Shown here piece by piece: positions 46,856-56,125 of a stretch of 64,000 nucleotides of DNA (positions are counted from its first letter, which is position 1; each line of letters begins with the position of its first letter). The stretch spans positions 1 to 64,000 of the IMG/VR virus record IMGVR_UViG_3300008516_000204; one strand, 5' to 3'. The notes beneath the pieces were generated by a model that did no database searches, was not told the origin of the DNA, and was given only the letters and a program-made list of their open reading frames with translations. A program made the translations under genes and the position numbers. The stretch is from a virus.

Positions 46856-47406
46856 AAAAATATCAAATTATATATGTAGATCCTCCTTGGTCTTACAACG
46901 ATCAAGGTTGTCAAGGAACAATGGCAAATCATTATAAAGGTATGAAACTGGAGGATATTAAGAATCTTCCTGTGAACCAAATAGCCGATAAGAATAGTAT
47001 ATTATTTTTATGGACAACTTATCCAATGTTGCAAGAGGCATCGGAAGTGATAAAGGCATGAGGCTTTCAATACAAGAGTATTGCCTTTCAATGGGTCAAA
47101 CTAAATCCCAAAGCCCTAACCCCTTTCTATGGATTAGGGAGACGGACACGGGGTAATACAGAACCATGTTTATTGGCAACAAAAGGTAAGCCTAAAAGAG
47201 TAAGTGCCTCTGTTTTTCAACTAATATTTGCTCCTCGCAGAAAGCATAGTCAAAAACCAGATATAGCAAGAGATAAAATCATTCAACTAGTAGGAGATTT
47301 ACCTCGTATAGAATTGTTTGCTACAGAGAAAATAAAAGGATGGGATTCAATAGGTTATGAGATCGATGGCAAGGATATACGAGATGTTTTACAGGAGATG
47401 ATATGA
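46852..47406 (+). pseudogene. MT-A70 family adenine methyltransferase interrupted by an in-frame TGA (47059-61)
   Basis: DPPW; IKA*GFQYKSIAFQWVK continues in frame to NTE.CL.ATKG..HSQKP..RIELFA. Confidence 0.85.
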
Positions 47407-48317
47407 AAACAAATAAAAATCTTAATTATTATATCAAGGTCTGTAAGAAATTGATAGATAGGCCATACAATAAATTCAATCTGGGCAACTATCGAGGCAT
47501 TATGGCATCTGAATATGATACCCCTGTTTACTCCTACCCAACAAAATCAGATAGCCCGATTAAGTTGATGGCAGGACAGCATAGAGAAGCCCAGATTATT
47601 TCCACCGATTATCAATTTAAGCATAATAAAAGGCGAATTATCTTGGTGGGAAAAGGGATTTTATTTGATTCAGGTGGATATAATCTAAAGCCCAAAATGG
47701 TGAATATGAAAAGTGATATGGCTGGGATGGCTGTCTCATTTGCTGTAGCTTCTTATTTTAAAAAGCAAAATGATGTAATTGCCTTCTGCCCTGTTGCAAC
47801 GAATTTTCTTGATGGAAATCAGATAATCCCTGGCGATGAAATAAAAATAGGTAATAAAATTGTTAAAATAACCAATACAGATGCGGAGGGAAGATTGATT
47901 TTAGCCGAGGCACTTTCTGAATTAAAAGTCAAACCCACAGATATAGTAATCACAGTTGCGACTTTAACTGGGGTTGTGGGCTATGCGATAGGTGATAAGG
48001 CTACTGGCGTTTTTAGTCCTAATAAAAGATTGGCAAATAAGTATTTGGAAGCATCTAAAAAGGCAAAAGAACTGGCATGGGAATTGCCCTTATGGGATTA
48101 TTTGCAGAAGCATTTTGATAAGAAGAAAATTAAAAATGTCCAGAAGATAAATCCAGGTGCCTCAATGGGAGCAATGTTTCTCAAGCAATTTGTTAGATAT
48201 CCCCAAAACTGGTTACATCTCGATATCGCTTATTCTGCTTGGGATAAGAAAAAGGAAAAGGCAACTGGTGAGCCAATTAAATCGTTAGTTCAATTTATAG
48301 AAAGGATAGGGCAGTAG
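47403..48317 (+). CDS. pepA: M17 leucyl aminopeptidase (catalytic domain)
   Basis: VGKGI.FDSGG..LK, MK.DMAG, NTDAEGRL, ATLTG, HLDIA. Confidence 0.92.
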   Translation: MKTNKNLNYYIKVCKKLIDRPYNKFNLGNYRGIMASEYDTPVYSYPTKSDSPIKLMAGQHREAQIISTDYQFKHNKRRIILVGKGILFDSGGYNLKPKMVNMKSDMAGMAVSFAVASYFKKQNDVIAFCPVATNFLDGNQIIPGDEIKIGNKIVKITNTDAEGRLILAEALSELKVKPTDIVITVATLTGVVGYAIGDKATGVFSPNKRLANKYLEASKKAKELAWELPLWDYLQKHFDKKKIKNVQKINPGASMGAMFLKQFVRYPQNWLHLDIAYSAWDKKKEKATGEPIKSLVQFIERIGQ

Positions 48318-48319
48318 AT

Positions 48320-48520
48320 ATGTCGCTGAAACGGTCTATTGTTATCGATGATAGGCACTGTATATGCAAAAATTGCAAGCGTAGTAATGTCTGCCCAATC
48401 TATACTAAATACCAGAAAATGCTTGACTTGATGGAGAATATCGAACCCGATAAATATTTGATTAAGATAACAGCACATATTAGGAAATGCAATAACTTTT
48501 TATCAGACGAGGAGGTGTAA
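48320..48520 (+). CDS. Cys-rich hypothetical protein
   Basis: C.C.NC....VC...C. Confidence 0.55.
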   Translation: MSLKRSIVIDDRHCICKNCKRSNVCPIYTKYQKMLDLMENIEPDKYLIKITAHIRKCNNFLSDEEV

Positions 48521-48521
48521 A

Positions 48522-48869
48522 ATGACGAAGATGATTCCATGTTTTGTGTGTTCCAAATTAGTTGAGGCGATTGAGGACAAGGCGATAGCGAAACTGTGTC
48601 CCGAACACGATACAGCCCAGAATCGAGAGGAAATGCGTAACACTCCAGTTCATCAGCTCTTGAGAAGGCTCAATGATTCCATTCAGAAGCAGGTTGACCA
48701 AGTTACGAATGATGTAGGAACGACCAATGCCAAGTATGAGGAAATCAGGCAGGAACTGGTTATTTTGCAGGGCAAGATAGACAGCTTGGAGACGACCCCA
48801 GCATCAGCACCTGTGGTTGAAGAACCGAAAGATACCACAAAATTAAATGAATATGGTGAGTTGATCTAA
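48522..48869 (+). CDS. Zn-finger/coiled-coil hypothetical protein
   Basis: SD GAGGAGGT. Confidence 0.65.
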   Translation: MTKMIPCFVCSKLVEAIEDKAIAKLCPEHDTAQNREEMRNTPVHQLLRRLNDSIQKQVDQVTNDVGTTNAKYEEIRQELVILQGKIDSLETTPASAPVVEEPKDTTKLNEYGELI

Positions 48870-49060
48870 TTTTTGAAAGGGAATAAAATGACAGATGTTC
48901 AATTTCGAATAATGCAAGAAGCTGTAGCTAATCTGCTTAAAGTAAAAGACGAGATGGCTAAAGGTCTATTTGAAATGTATAAGGCATATCAGAAAGCAGG
49001 CTTTAAGAAGAAAGAGGCTATGGAGTTGTTGAAAACTATTCTGAAACCATAGGGGATAGA

Positions 49061-49393
49061 ATGAAGAAAAGTTTGGTAGGGTGGGCTAAAAGTGAACAAT
49101 GGTTTTTAGGTCTTATTAAAACAGTAATGGAAGTTAAAAAAGTTCCTTTCTGGTTATTTGAAGATAAAGATTTTATGGCATCTATTACTTTTGGGGCTTC
49201 TTGTTTTTATTGTGAAGAAGATTTTTTATATTGGTTGGATAAATTCTTAAATGGGCTTTCAAGACATTCTCAAGAATTAGTTAATAGAGTATCTTGTATA
49301 AGAATAGTAGAAGAACTAAAAAGAAGATATGATTTGACAGATGAAAAAGGCAAGAAAGAAATTAGAGAGGAATTGTCAAAGATCACATATTAA
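49061..49393 (+). CDS. Hypothetical protein
   Basis: ORF track. Confidence 0.55.
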   Translation: MKKSLVGWAKSEQWFLGLIKTVMEVKKVPFWLFEDKDFMASITFGASCFYCEEDFLYWLDKFLNGLSRHSQELVNRVSCIRIVEELKRRYDLTDEKGKKEIREELSKITY

Positions 49394-49402
49394 GGAGAAT
49401 AA

Positions 49403-49618
49403 ATGGAGAAAAATACCATCACAATAGGCAATGTCATCAGGCTTACGCAGGAGAATGGGCGATATACTGTTGAAGAAAAAACCGATGGCAAATGGATAGA
49501 GATAGCGAGATTTGCTCTGGGAATTGATATGATTACCTATGTCAAGGGCTATCTGGATGAGTATGTTGAGCAGATGAAACGATATGGCAACAATATAGAA
49601 GAACAGAAGGAAAAATGA
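49403..49618 (+). CDS. Hypothetical protein
   Basis: SD AAGGAG. Confidence 0.6.
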   Translation: MEKNTITIGNVIRLTQENGRYTVEEKTDGKWIEIARFALGIDMITYVKGYLDEYVEQMKRYGNNIEEQKEK

Positions 49619-50328
49619 TTAGACTTAAGACAGATAAAGATATTCAGTTAATTGAGAAGGCAATCGAAATAGGAAAAAATGCTTTATCGGTTGCCAAGCA
49701 AATTACTGTTGTCGGGATTACTACACAGGAGATAGATAGGCAAGTGGAAGCATACATTCTTAAAAAGGGTGCCGCTCCCTCGTTCAAAGGCTACAAGGGC
49801 TTTCCTACTGCTTGTTGTATAAGTTTGAATAATGAGATAGTACATGGATATCCCAGAGATAACAAGATAAAAAGCGGTGATATAGTCAAGATAGATATTG
49901 GTATATGCTTTAAGAGCAGATATTCCGACCAAGCAATTACATTTGTAGTTGGAGAAGGCAAGTCTAAAAAGCATCTTGATTTAGTATATACAACCAAACT
50001 GGCATTAGAGAGAGCAAAAAAGGTTGCTATTCCAAATAATACTTTGAATCAGATTTCGTGGGAAATACAGCGAACAGCACAGGAAAATGGATTGGGTATA
50101 GTTACTGCTTATACAGGACATGGCGTGGGTTTTGAAATTCACGAAGAACCAATTATCAGAAATATTGTTACTCCAAATGAAAATATGCGATTAGTAAAAG
50201 GAATGGTGTTGGCTATTGAGCCGATGTTTGCATTAGGAAAGGGCGATGTTGAAGATAAAGGATATGCTGTTGTAACTAAAGATAATAGTATGTCCTCCCA
50301 TTTTGAGGAAACAATTATCGTAAGATGA
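49615..50328 (+). CDS. map: Methionine aminopeptidase type I
   Basis: CIS.N..IVHG, D.G...D, GHGVG..IHE, AIEPM, HFE.T. Confidence 0.94.
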   Translation: MIRLKTDKDIQLIEKAIEIGKNALSVAKQITVVGITTQEIDRQVEAYILKKGAAPSFKGYKGFPTACCISLNNEIVHGYPRDNKIKSGDIVKIDIGICFKSRYSDQAITFVVGEGKSKKHLDLVYTTKLALERAKKVAIPNNTLNQISWEIQRTAQENGLGIVTAYTGHGVGFEIHEEPIIRNIVTPNENMRLVKGMVLAIEPMFALGKGDVEDKGYAVVTKDNSMSSHFEETIIVR

Positions 50329-50930
50329 AAAAGAGTAAGACAAAAAAACTACTGTGTGAATATTGGAATCAGGGCAAAATCTGCGGTCTTGATAGAACTA
50401 AGCATTGCCCCTATACCAAAGCCACCAGTTACAAATGCGAGAGCTGGCTCAAGCGGATAAAACGACGCAAGAAAGGGATACATATTCCTGTGATAATTAC
50501 CGATACAAGAGAAAATTGTGGCTACTTATTCAAGGGCAAAGAGGCAGAGGCAAAAATAGTTATGAAGAAACTGGCAACAGGAGATTACAGTTTGGAAGGC
50601 TTCGAGAACGATATAGTCATAGAAAGAAAGCGGATAAACGAACTCTTTGGGAATTTTGCTGGGGACAGGGAACGATTTATGCGGGAAGTTGAACGAATGG
50701 AAAAAATCCCATATAAGTTTCTCTTGATAGAGGGTTCATTCAAAGATTTAGCCCAAATGAAAAAAGTCCCAGGCAAAGTCAGTATTAAATTAGTGGTGGC
50801 TACCCTCATCAGTTTGATGATAAAGCACAATGTAAAAGTTGTATTCGCTGGAAATCCGAAACTGGCGGAACAGTTGGCATATAGGATTCTTATCAAGTTT
50901 TTTAACTATAAGATAAAAGGGGATGTATAA
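50325..50930 (+). CDS. ERCC4 (XPF)-type nuclease
   Basis: DTRE, L.TGDY, IERK, RF..E..R, LLIEG. Confidence 0.88.
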   Translation: MKKSKTKKLLCEYWNQGKICGLDRTKHCPYTKATSYKCESWLKRIKRRKKGIHIPVIITDTRENCGYLFKGKEAEAKIVMKKLATGDYSLEGFENDIVIERKRINELFGNFAGDRERFMREVERMEKIPYKFLLIEGSFKDLAQMKKVPGKVSIKLVVATLISLMIKHNVKVVFAGNPKLAEQLAYRILIKFFNYKIKGDV

Positions 50931-51304
50931 TGGGAACTAATTACTATTTAAGAACAGATATTTGTAAAAGTTGTAAGAGATATGAAGAGATTCATTTAGG
51001 TAAGCATAGTTTTGGTTGGGTATTCCATCTACAATTTAACGATGGCAAATTTTATGAGCACTGGAGAGGAATGAGAAAATGGCTGAGAGACAAGACAAAA
51101 AGTGGTGCAAAGATATTCGATGAATATGAAAAAGAAGTTAATTTATGCAGTTTTATAAGATTAGTTCAAAAATTCCAGAGAGATAAGAAGAATAGAAGGC
51201 ACAATGATTATGTGAAAAAGAATTTTCCCTATAACCCTGAGTATTTAAAGGATATGATTGTAGATGCAGATAATTTTGAATTTGCTAATTACGAATTTAG
51301 TTAA
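50930..51304 (+). CDS. Conserved phage protein (MGTNYY...H.GK.S.GW family)
   Basis: Recognisable motifs, EFS C-terminus. Confidence 0.75.
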   Translation: MGTNYYLRTDICKSCKRYEEIHLGKHSFGWVFHLQFNDGKFYEHWRGMRKWLRDKTKSGAKIFDEYEKEVNLCSFIRLVQKFQRDKKNRRHNDYVKKNFPYNPEYLKDMIVDADNFEFANYEFS

Positions 51305-51459
51305 AAAAAGAGAAATAGAAAGGAAATATAATGGAGTTTATTAGATTCTTACGATTTTGGTGGCGATACAAAGCATTGGGATTTAAAAGATGTTGGAGAG
51401 AAAGAGAGAATTTTAAAAGATTAGTTCGTTTAATAGACGAGTTTTAGGAGGAGAATTAG

Positions 51460-51720
51460 ATGGATTGGTTAGATAAAGAACTTGCTTTTATAACTTGGCT
51501 TTATAAATATAGTAACTTTTTTGGACAGTTAAAGCGGAAAGAGTTTAAGGAATTTCTCACCAGAAAAGAGGCTTGGGAACAATTTTGTAAGGAAATAGGA
51601 GAAGATAGGTGTCCAAACTGTGGTGGTGAATATCAACAGATTGGAAAATATTTCACCGCAGAAGGATATAAGATTTTAATTGATGGCTGTAAAAATTGTG
51701 GGCACACGAGGGAAAGATAA
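51460..51720 (+). CDS. Zn-ribbon hypothetical protein
   Basis: CPNCG...CKNCG. Confidence 0.6.
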   Translation: MDWLDKELAFITWLYKYSNFFGQLKRKEFKEFLTRKEAWEQFCKEIGEDRCPNCGGEYQQIGKYFTAEGYKILIDGCKNCGHTRER

Positions 51721-51721
51721 A

Positions 51722-51961
51722 ATGGCAAATGATGTATGGCTTATGACTCCCGAAATCTATATGGAGATATACAGATTGGCTGTGAAGCATGGCAAGAAGG
51801 TTGGGGATTCGATGGCGGAGGAGTTTAAGGAAATTTTGCAAAAGAGAAAAGGTGAAATCGAGCATCTGGGGACTTCTGATAAGGATGCAGATTTATTGAC
51901 AGGGAATCTTCGTGAAGAAGGTTTGAAAATAATAAACCTCAGAGAACTGGAAAAAGAATGA
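51722..51961 (+). CDS. Hypothetical protein
   Basis: Start moved to 21-nt-free coupled ATG 51722 right after the previous stop. Confidence 0.55.
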   Translation: MANDVWLMTPEIYMEIYRLAVKHGKKVGDSMAEEFKEILQKRKGEIEHLGTSDKDADLLTGNLREEGLKIINLRELEKE

Positions 51962-51980
51962 TACTGCGAAAGGTAAACAA

Positions 51981-52190
51981 ATGAAACATCCTAAATTAAG
52001 AGCAAGGAAAAGACCAAAAAGAACGAATATCCGTAAAACTAAGCAAGATATTACAGAAATTATTGAAAATAGTCAAAGAGATATTCGTTGGTATTTGGCT
52101 AAAGATATTATGGATTATTTGAAGAAAAGAGGTATGTTAGATGTCAGGAAGAAAGACAAGAAGAAAAATAAAAAGAAGAAAAAGAAATAA
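51981..52190 (+). CDS. Basic hypothetical protein
   Basis: K/R-rich. Confidence 0.5.
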   Translation: MKHPKLRARKRPKRTNIRKTKQDITEIIENSQRDIRWYLAKDIMDYLKKRGMLDVRKKDKKKNKKKKKK

Positions 52191-52422
52191 ACATAGATTA
52201 AGAACAAGAGGATTTGTTGAAAATCTTACACATTTCTTTTTAAAAGGAAGAGTTACTGACAAGTATACCAAAATAACTACTTTAATGATTATAGTATTAG
52301 AACTATATTGGACAACATTAGATTCTGTTTGGTTTGCTGTTGAAATGTGGTCTCCAATTCCAGTATTAGTAAACATATTGGTTATGTTATTCTTACTTCG
52401 ATTAATAAATGGGAAGTAGAAA

Positions 52423-52623
52423 ATGAAAGACCCAAAAAGAATAAATAGAATATCAAAATTGATTGGGAAGATTTGGAGAAAAAATCCTAGTTTGAGATTA
52501 TGCCAATTAATAGGAAATTGCTTTAATTTTAGCACAAACGATACTTCAATAATAAACGATTTATATTATATAGAAGATGACGAATTGGAACGAAGATTAA
52601 GAGAGATATATAAGGAGGAATAA
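52423..52623 (+). CDS. Conserved phage protein (M.DP.RI...W...P.LR..QL family)
   Basis: Motif plus YYIEDD. Confidence 0.75.
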   Translation: MKDPKRINRISKLIGKIWRKNPSLRLCQLIGNCFNFSTNDTSIINDLYYIEDDELERRLREIYKEE

Positions 52624-52625
52624 AG

Positions 52626-52919
52626 TTGAGTCTGCATAAGACATTGAAGCCGAGAAGAAAAAAGGTTCGTTCCGTTCTAAAGAGACATGAAAGATTGGCA
52701 AAGGCTATTAGGGAACGGAATTGGCTCAAAAAGATGGGTGCATATGGTTTACCCAAGTTTAACCCACTAAAATTTAAAGTGAAAAAGAAAGAGGAAGAAG
52801 AGCAAACAACTACATTAGGTAAAGTTGATATTGTAGCACAGCATAAATTAGAGAAAGAAAAATTAAGAGAAGAAAAAAAACAGAGAAAGAAAGGGAAAGA
52901 TACAACTGGAATAAGATGA
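52626..52919 (+). CDS. Small basic protein, PVC-superphylum signature protein family (TIGR04137-like)
   Basis: MS.H..L....RSVLKR.ER....W......GLPK then a K-rich tail; SD AAGGAGG with TTG start. Confidence 0.8.
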   Translation: MSLHKTLKPRRKKVRSVLKRHERLAKAIRERNWLKKMGAYGLPKFNPLKFKVKKKEEEEQTTTLGKVDIVAQHKLEKEKLREEKKQRKKGKDTTGIR

Positions 52920-53518
52920 TTAAATATTGCCTATGTGGTAATAAAATAGATAAAAGGTCTAAAAATTGTAGAATATGTGCTAACTTGGGAATAAATAATC
53001 CAAGATATGAATTTAGTAAATATAATATAACTAAAGAATTTTTGATAGAAGAATATCTTAATAATAGAAATTCCATTTCTCAAATTGCAAGAAAGAAAAA
53101 ATGTTCCGAATCTTGTATTTATAGTAAATTGAAGAAATTTCAAATTCGGATTAGGACAAGAAGCGAAGCTAATAAAGGAATAAGTAGAGGTTTGGGTAAG
53201 AAACGACTTCCTTTTACAAAGGTGTGGAAAAGAAGAATTAGTGAAAACCATGCAGATTTTTCTGGTAAAAATAATCCCAGATTTGGTAAAAGATTATCCA
53301 AATAAACGAGAAGAAAAATCAGAACTACAAAAGTCAAACATCATGTTTATTTAAAAGAAAATAAAGACGATACGGTACTTATTAAGCAATCAATTCATCG
53401 TAAATTACACGCATATGCTTATAATTATTTAGTAGAACTTGGTTTAATTAAAAAATATATTAAATGGTTTGAAAAAAAATTGAAAATAAAATTAATGAAA
53501 ACTATGGGGAGGAAATAA
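52916..53518 (+). pseudogene. HTH/NUMOD3/HNH homing endonuclease with an in-frame TAA (53303-05)
   Basis: GKRLSK*TRRKI (NUMOD3, E expected) continues in frame to KHHVY...IHRKLH. Confidence 0.75.
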
Positions 53519-53735
53519 TAAGTAATGAAAATTGTATTGTACATATTATTAGGTTATGCGGTGATGGCAATAATTTGCTTTTGTTTAGTGGTGAGAACAT
53601 TGAGTAGTATATAAATGAAGGAGGAAAAATGACATTGACTCCATTACAGCAGTTAATAATTATGGGAACTATCTATGTTTCTGTCTATGTTGGGATAGTT
53701 CTGTTTCTAAGACATTGTTACAGGAAAGATAAAAA

Positions 53736-55232
53736 ATGAAGCTCAAGAACCACCTATATTATTCAGAAAAAGGAATCAGGTTATACAATGCAGATTGTCT
53801 GGATGTTATGCGGAAACTGCCAGATGATTATGTGGATTTGATTGTAACCGATCCTCCTTATGGAATTTCCTTCATGGCAAAGGAGTGGGATACTTTTAAT
53901 GAGGTTAAGGATATTCAAAAAGAATTTAGTAATACTGTTTATGCTAAAAAAGGATTCAAGAAATTACCAAGAAATAAACCCTTTGGAATGATTAAATTTT
54001 TCGTGCCTATTTGGAAAGAAGCATTAAGAGTATTAAAGCCAGGAGCCTTTGCTTTTGTAATGTGTGCTCCTCGTCAGGATGTATTAAGTAAACAGATAGT
54101 AGCATTACAAGAGGCTGGATTTGAAACTGGGTTTAGTAGTGTTTATTGGAGTTATGCAACAGGATTCCCAAAAGCAAGTAATATAGGAAAGAAAATAGAT
54201 AAGAGATTAGGCAAAGAAAGAAAAATTATAGGAAAAAAACCAGGAAATTATGCTGATATTCGTAGAGACAAAAAAACAGGGCAGGATAGTCTTCATGGAG
54301 GGATTGCGACACAAAGAGAAAGAATAGAAAGTTTTATTACCGAACCAGCATCACCACAAGCCAAATCTCTTGATGGTTCTTATGGTGGCTTCCAACCCAA
54401 GCCAGCAGTTGAAATAATAATAGTAGCAATGAAACCTTTATCTGAAAAATCATATATAGACCAAGCATTAAAGAATAAACATGGTATTACATATTTAGAT
54501 AACTGTAGAATTCCTTATGAAAGTGATAATGACAAGAAGAAAGCCAAATTTGGGACTCAAACAGATATCAGGGGGAATGCTTATAATAAGAATAGACCAA
54601 GCGAGGGAAAAATTTATGCTAAAAATGTTTTATCATCCCAAAAAGGTCGTTTTCCCGCAAATTTGCTCGTGAGTAATGATGTATTAAATGATGGTGGGAA
54701 TTACAAAACAGGTAATCTGAATAGACGAGGTAATAGCAAATATTGGGGTTTAAATGGACAGGCTTTAAATCACAAGGGTAGTTCTGGTTCATATTCTCGT
54801 TATTTTTCACTTGATAAATGGTGGATAGAAAGAGTTAAAAAATTACCCCCAGAAGTTCAGAAAGTATTTCCTTATTTAATAGTGCCTAAAGCTAGTAAAA
54901 GAGAGAAAAATAGAGGATGCGAAAATTTACCTAAAAAACAAAAAGTATTTAATGGTCAAAGTAATCAATCATCTAAAGATATAAAAGATGTAGAAGAAAG
55001 ATTTACCACACAACCTACAAGTAATAATCACCCTACTGTAAAACCTATAAAACTCATGAGTTATCTCATTACTTTGGGAAGTAGGGAAAATGACATCGTA
55101 TTAGACCCGTTTGCTGGCTCTGGAACTACCTTGATTGCTTCCAAATTGCTCAATAGAAAAGGAATAGGAATTGAACTAAGCAAAGAATACTGCGAGATAG
55201 CGAAGCACAGGATAAAAGGTCGGTCAAAATGA
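53736..55232 (+). CDS. DNA amino-methyltransferase (N6A/N4C, beta class)
   Basis: TDPPY ... HPTVKP ... DPFAGSGTT. Confidence 0.92.
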   Translation: MKLKNHLYYSEKGIRLYNADCLDVMRKLPDDYVDLIVTDPPYGISFMAKEWDTFNEVKDIQKEFSNTVYAKKGFKKLPRNKPFGMIKFFVPIWKEALRVLKPGAFAFVMCAPRQDVLSKQIVALQEAGFETGFSSVYWSYATGFPKASNIGKKIDKRLGKERKIIGKKPGNYADIRRDKKTGQDSLHGGIATQRERIESFITEPASPQAKSLDGSYGGFQPKPAVEIIIVAMKPLSEKSYIDQALKNKHGITYLDNCRIPYESDNDKKKAKFGTQTDIRGNAYNKNRPSEGKIYAKNVLSSQKGRFPANLLVSNDVLNDGGNYKTGNLNRRGNSKYWGLNGQALNHKGSSGSYSRYFSLDKWWIERVKKLPPEVQKVFPYLIVPKASKREKNRGCENLPKKQKVFNGQSNQSSKDIKDVEERFTTQPTSNNHPTVKPIKLMSYLITLGSRENDIVLDPFAGSGTTLIASKLLNRKGIGIELSKEYCEIAKHRIKGRSK

Positions 55233-55304
55233 CATTGTTGATTGCAGTGCTTTTAATTTTACTAGTAAGTTATGGAGTAGTTAAATTATTAAACTGGTGA
55301 TGAT

Positions 55305-56123
55305 ATGAAGCAATATACTTTAGAACAATTTAAAACCAAATTGAATAAGATCTATTGCTGCGAGTGTTTGAAAGGAATGCAGGCTATACCAGATAAATCT
55401 GTAGATTTAGTAGTTACTTCTCCTCCCTACGATGCTATTAGAGATTATAAAGGATTTGGTTTGGATTTGAATAAAGTTGGAATTGAGTTAGGAAGAATAT
55501 TAAAAGAAGGAGGTATTTGTGTAATAGTTATTCAGGATCAAACTAAAAATTTTAGAAAGTCATTAACTTCTTTTAAAACTATAGTCAATTGGTGTGAAAA
55601 TACAGAGATGGATTTATTTGAGTGTGTAATTTATTCTCGTCAAGGGAGACCTGGAGCTTGGTGGAAAACAAGATTTAGAGTAGACCACGAATATATACCG
55701 ATTTTTTTAAAAGGGAAAAGACCTCAATATTTTGATAAATCTCATTTAACAGTTAAATTAGACCATAATTGGAGCGCAAAAGGAACAACTAGAATGACAG
55801 ATGGGAGAACTTTACATAATACAAGTGGAAATATTGGAAATACTAAAACACAAGGAACTATTTTTCATTATTCCAATTCTGCTTCTGAATCTTGCATTGA
55901 TAAAAAAATTAAACTCAAACATCCAGCAACTTTTCCAGATAAATTAGCGGAAGATTTTATTAAATGTTTTTGTCCAGAGAATGGAATTGTTCTTGACCCA
56001 TTTATGGGAAGTGGAACTACTTTAAAAATGGCTAAATTAAATGGTAGAAAGTTTATCGGTTTTGAAATATCGCAAGAATATGTAGATATCGCTAATAAAC
56101 GATTAGCAGAAATTAAGGATTAA
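55305..56123 (+). CDS. DNA N4-cytosine/N6-adenine methyltransferase (beta class)
   Basis: TSPPY ... HPATFP ... DPFMGSGTT. Confidence 0.92.
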   Translation: MKQYTLEQFKTKLNKIYCCECLKGMQAIPDKSVDLVVTSPPYDAIRDYKGFGLDLNKVGIELGRILKEGGICVIVIQDQTKNFRKSLTSFKTIVNWCENTEMDLFECVIYSRQGRPGAWWKTRFRVDHEYIPIFLKGKRPQYFDKSHLTVKLDHNWSAKGTTRMTDGRTLHNTSGNIGNTKTQGTIFHYSNSASESCIDKKIKLKHPATFPDKLAEDFIKCFCPENGIVLDPFMGSGTTLKMAKLNGRKFIGFEISQEYVDIANKRLAEIKD

Positions 56124-56125
56124 AT

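Noticed and set aside
47059-47061. Genome-wide TGA=Trp (or TAA) recoding suggested by in-frame stops in the MT-A70 and HNH genes
   Set aside because: Long genes use TGG for Trp and are uninterrupted in code 11. TGA and TAA end many genes with ATGA/TAAAATG coupling. The two interrupting stops are of different types.
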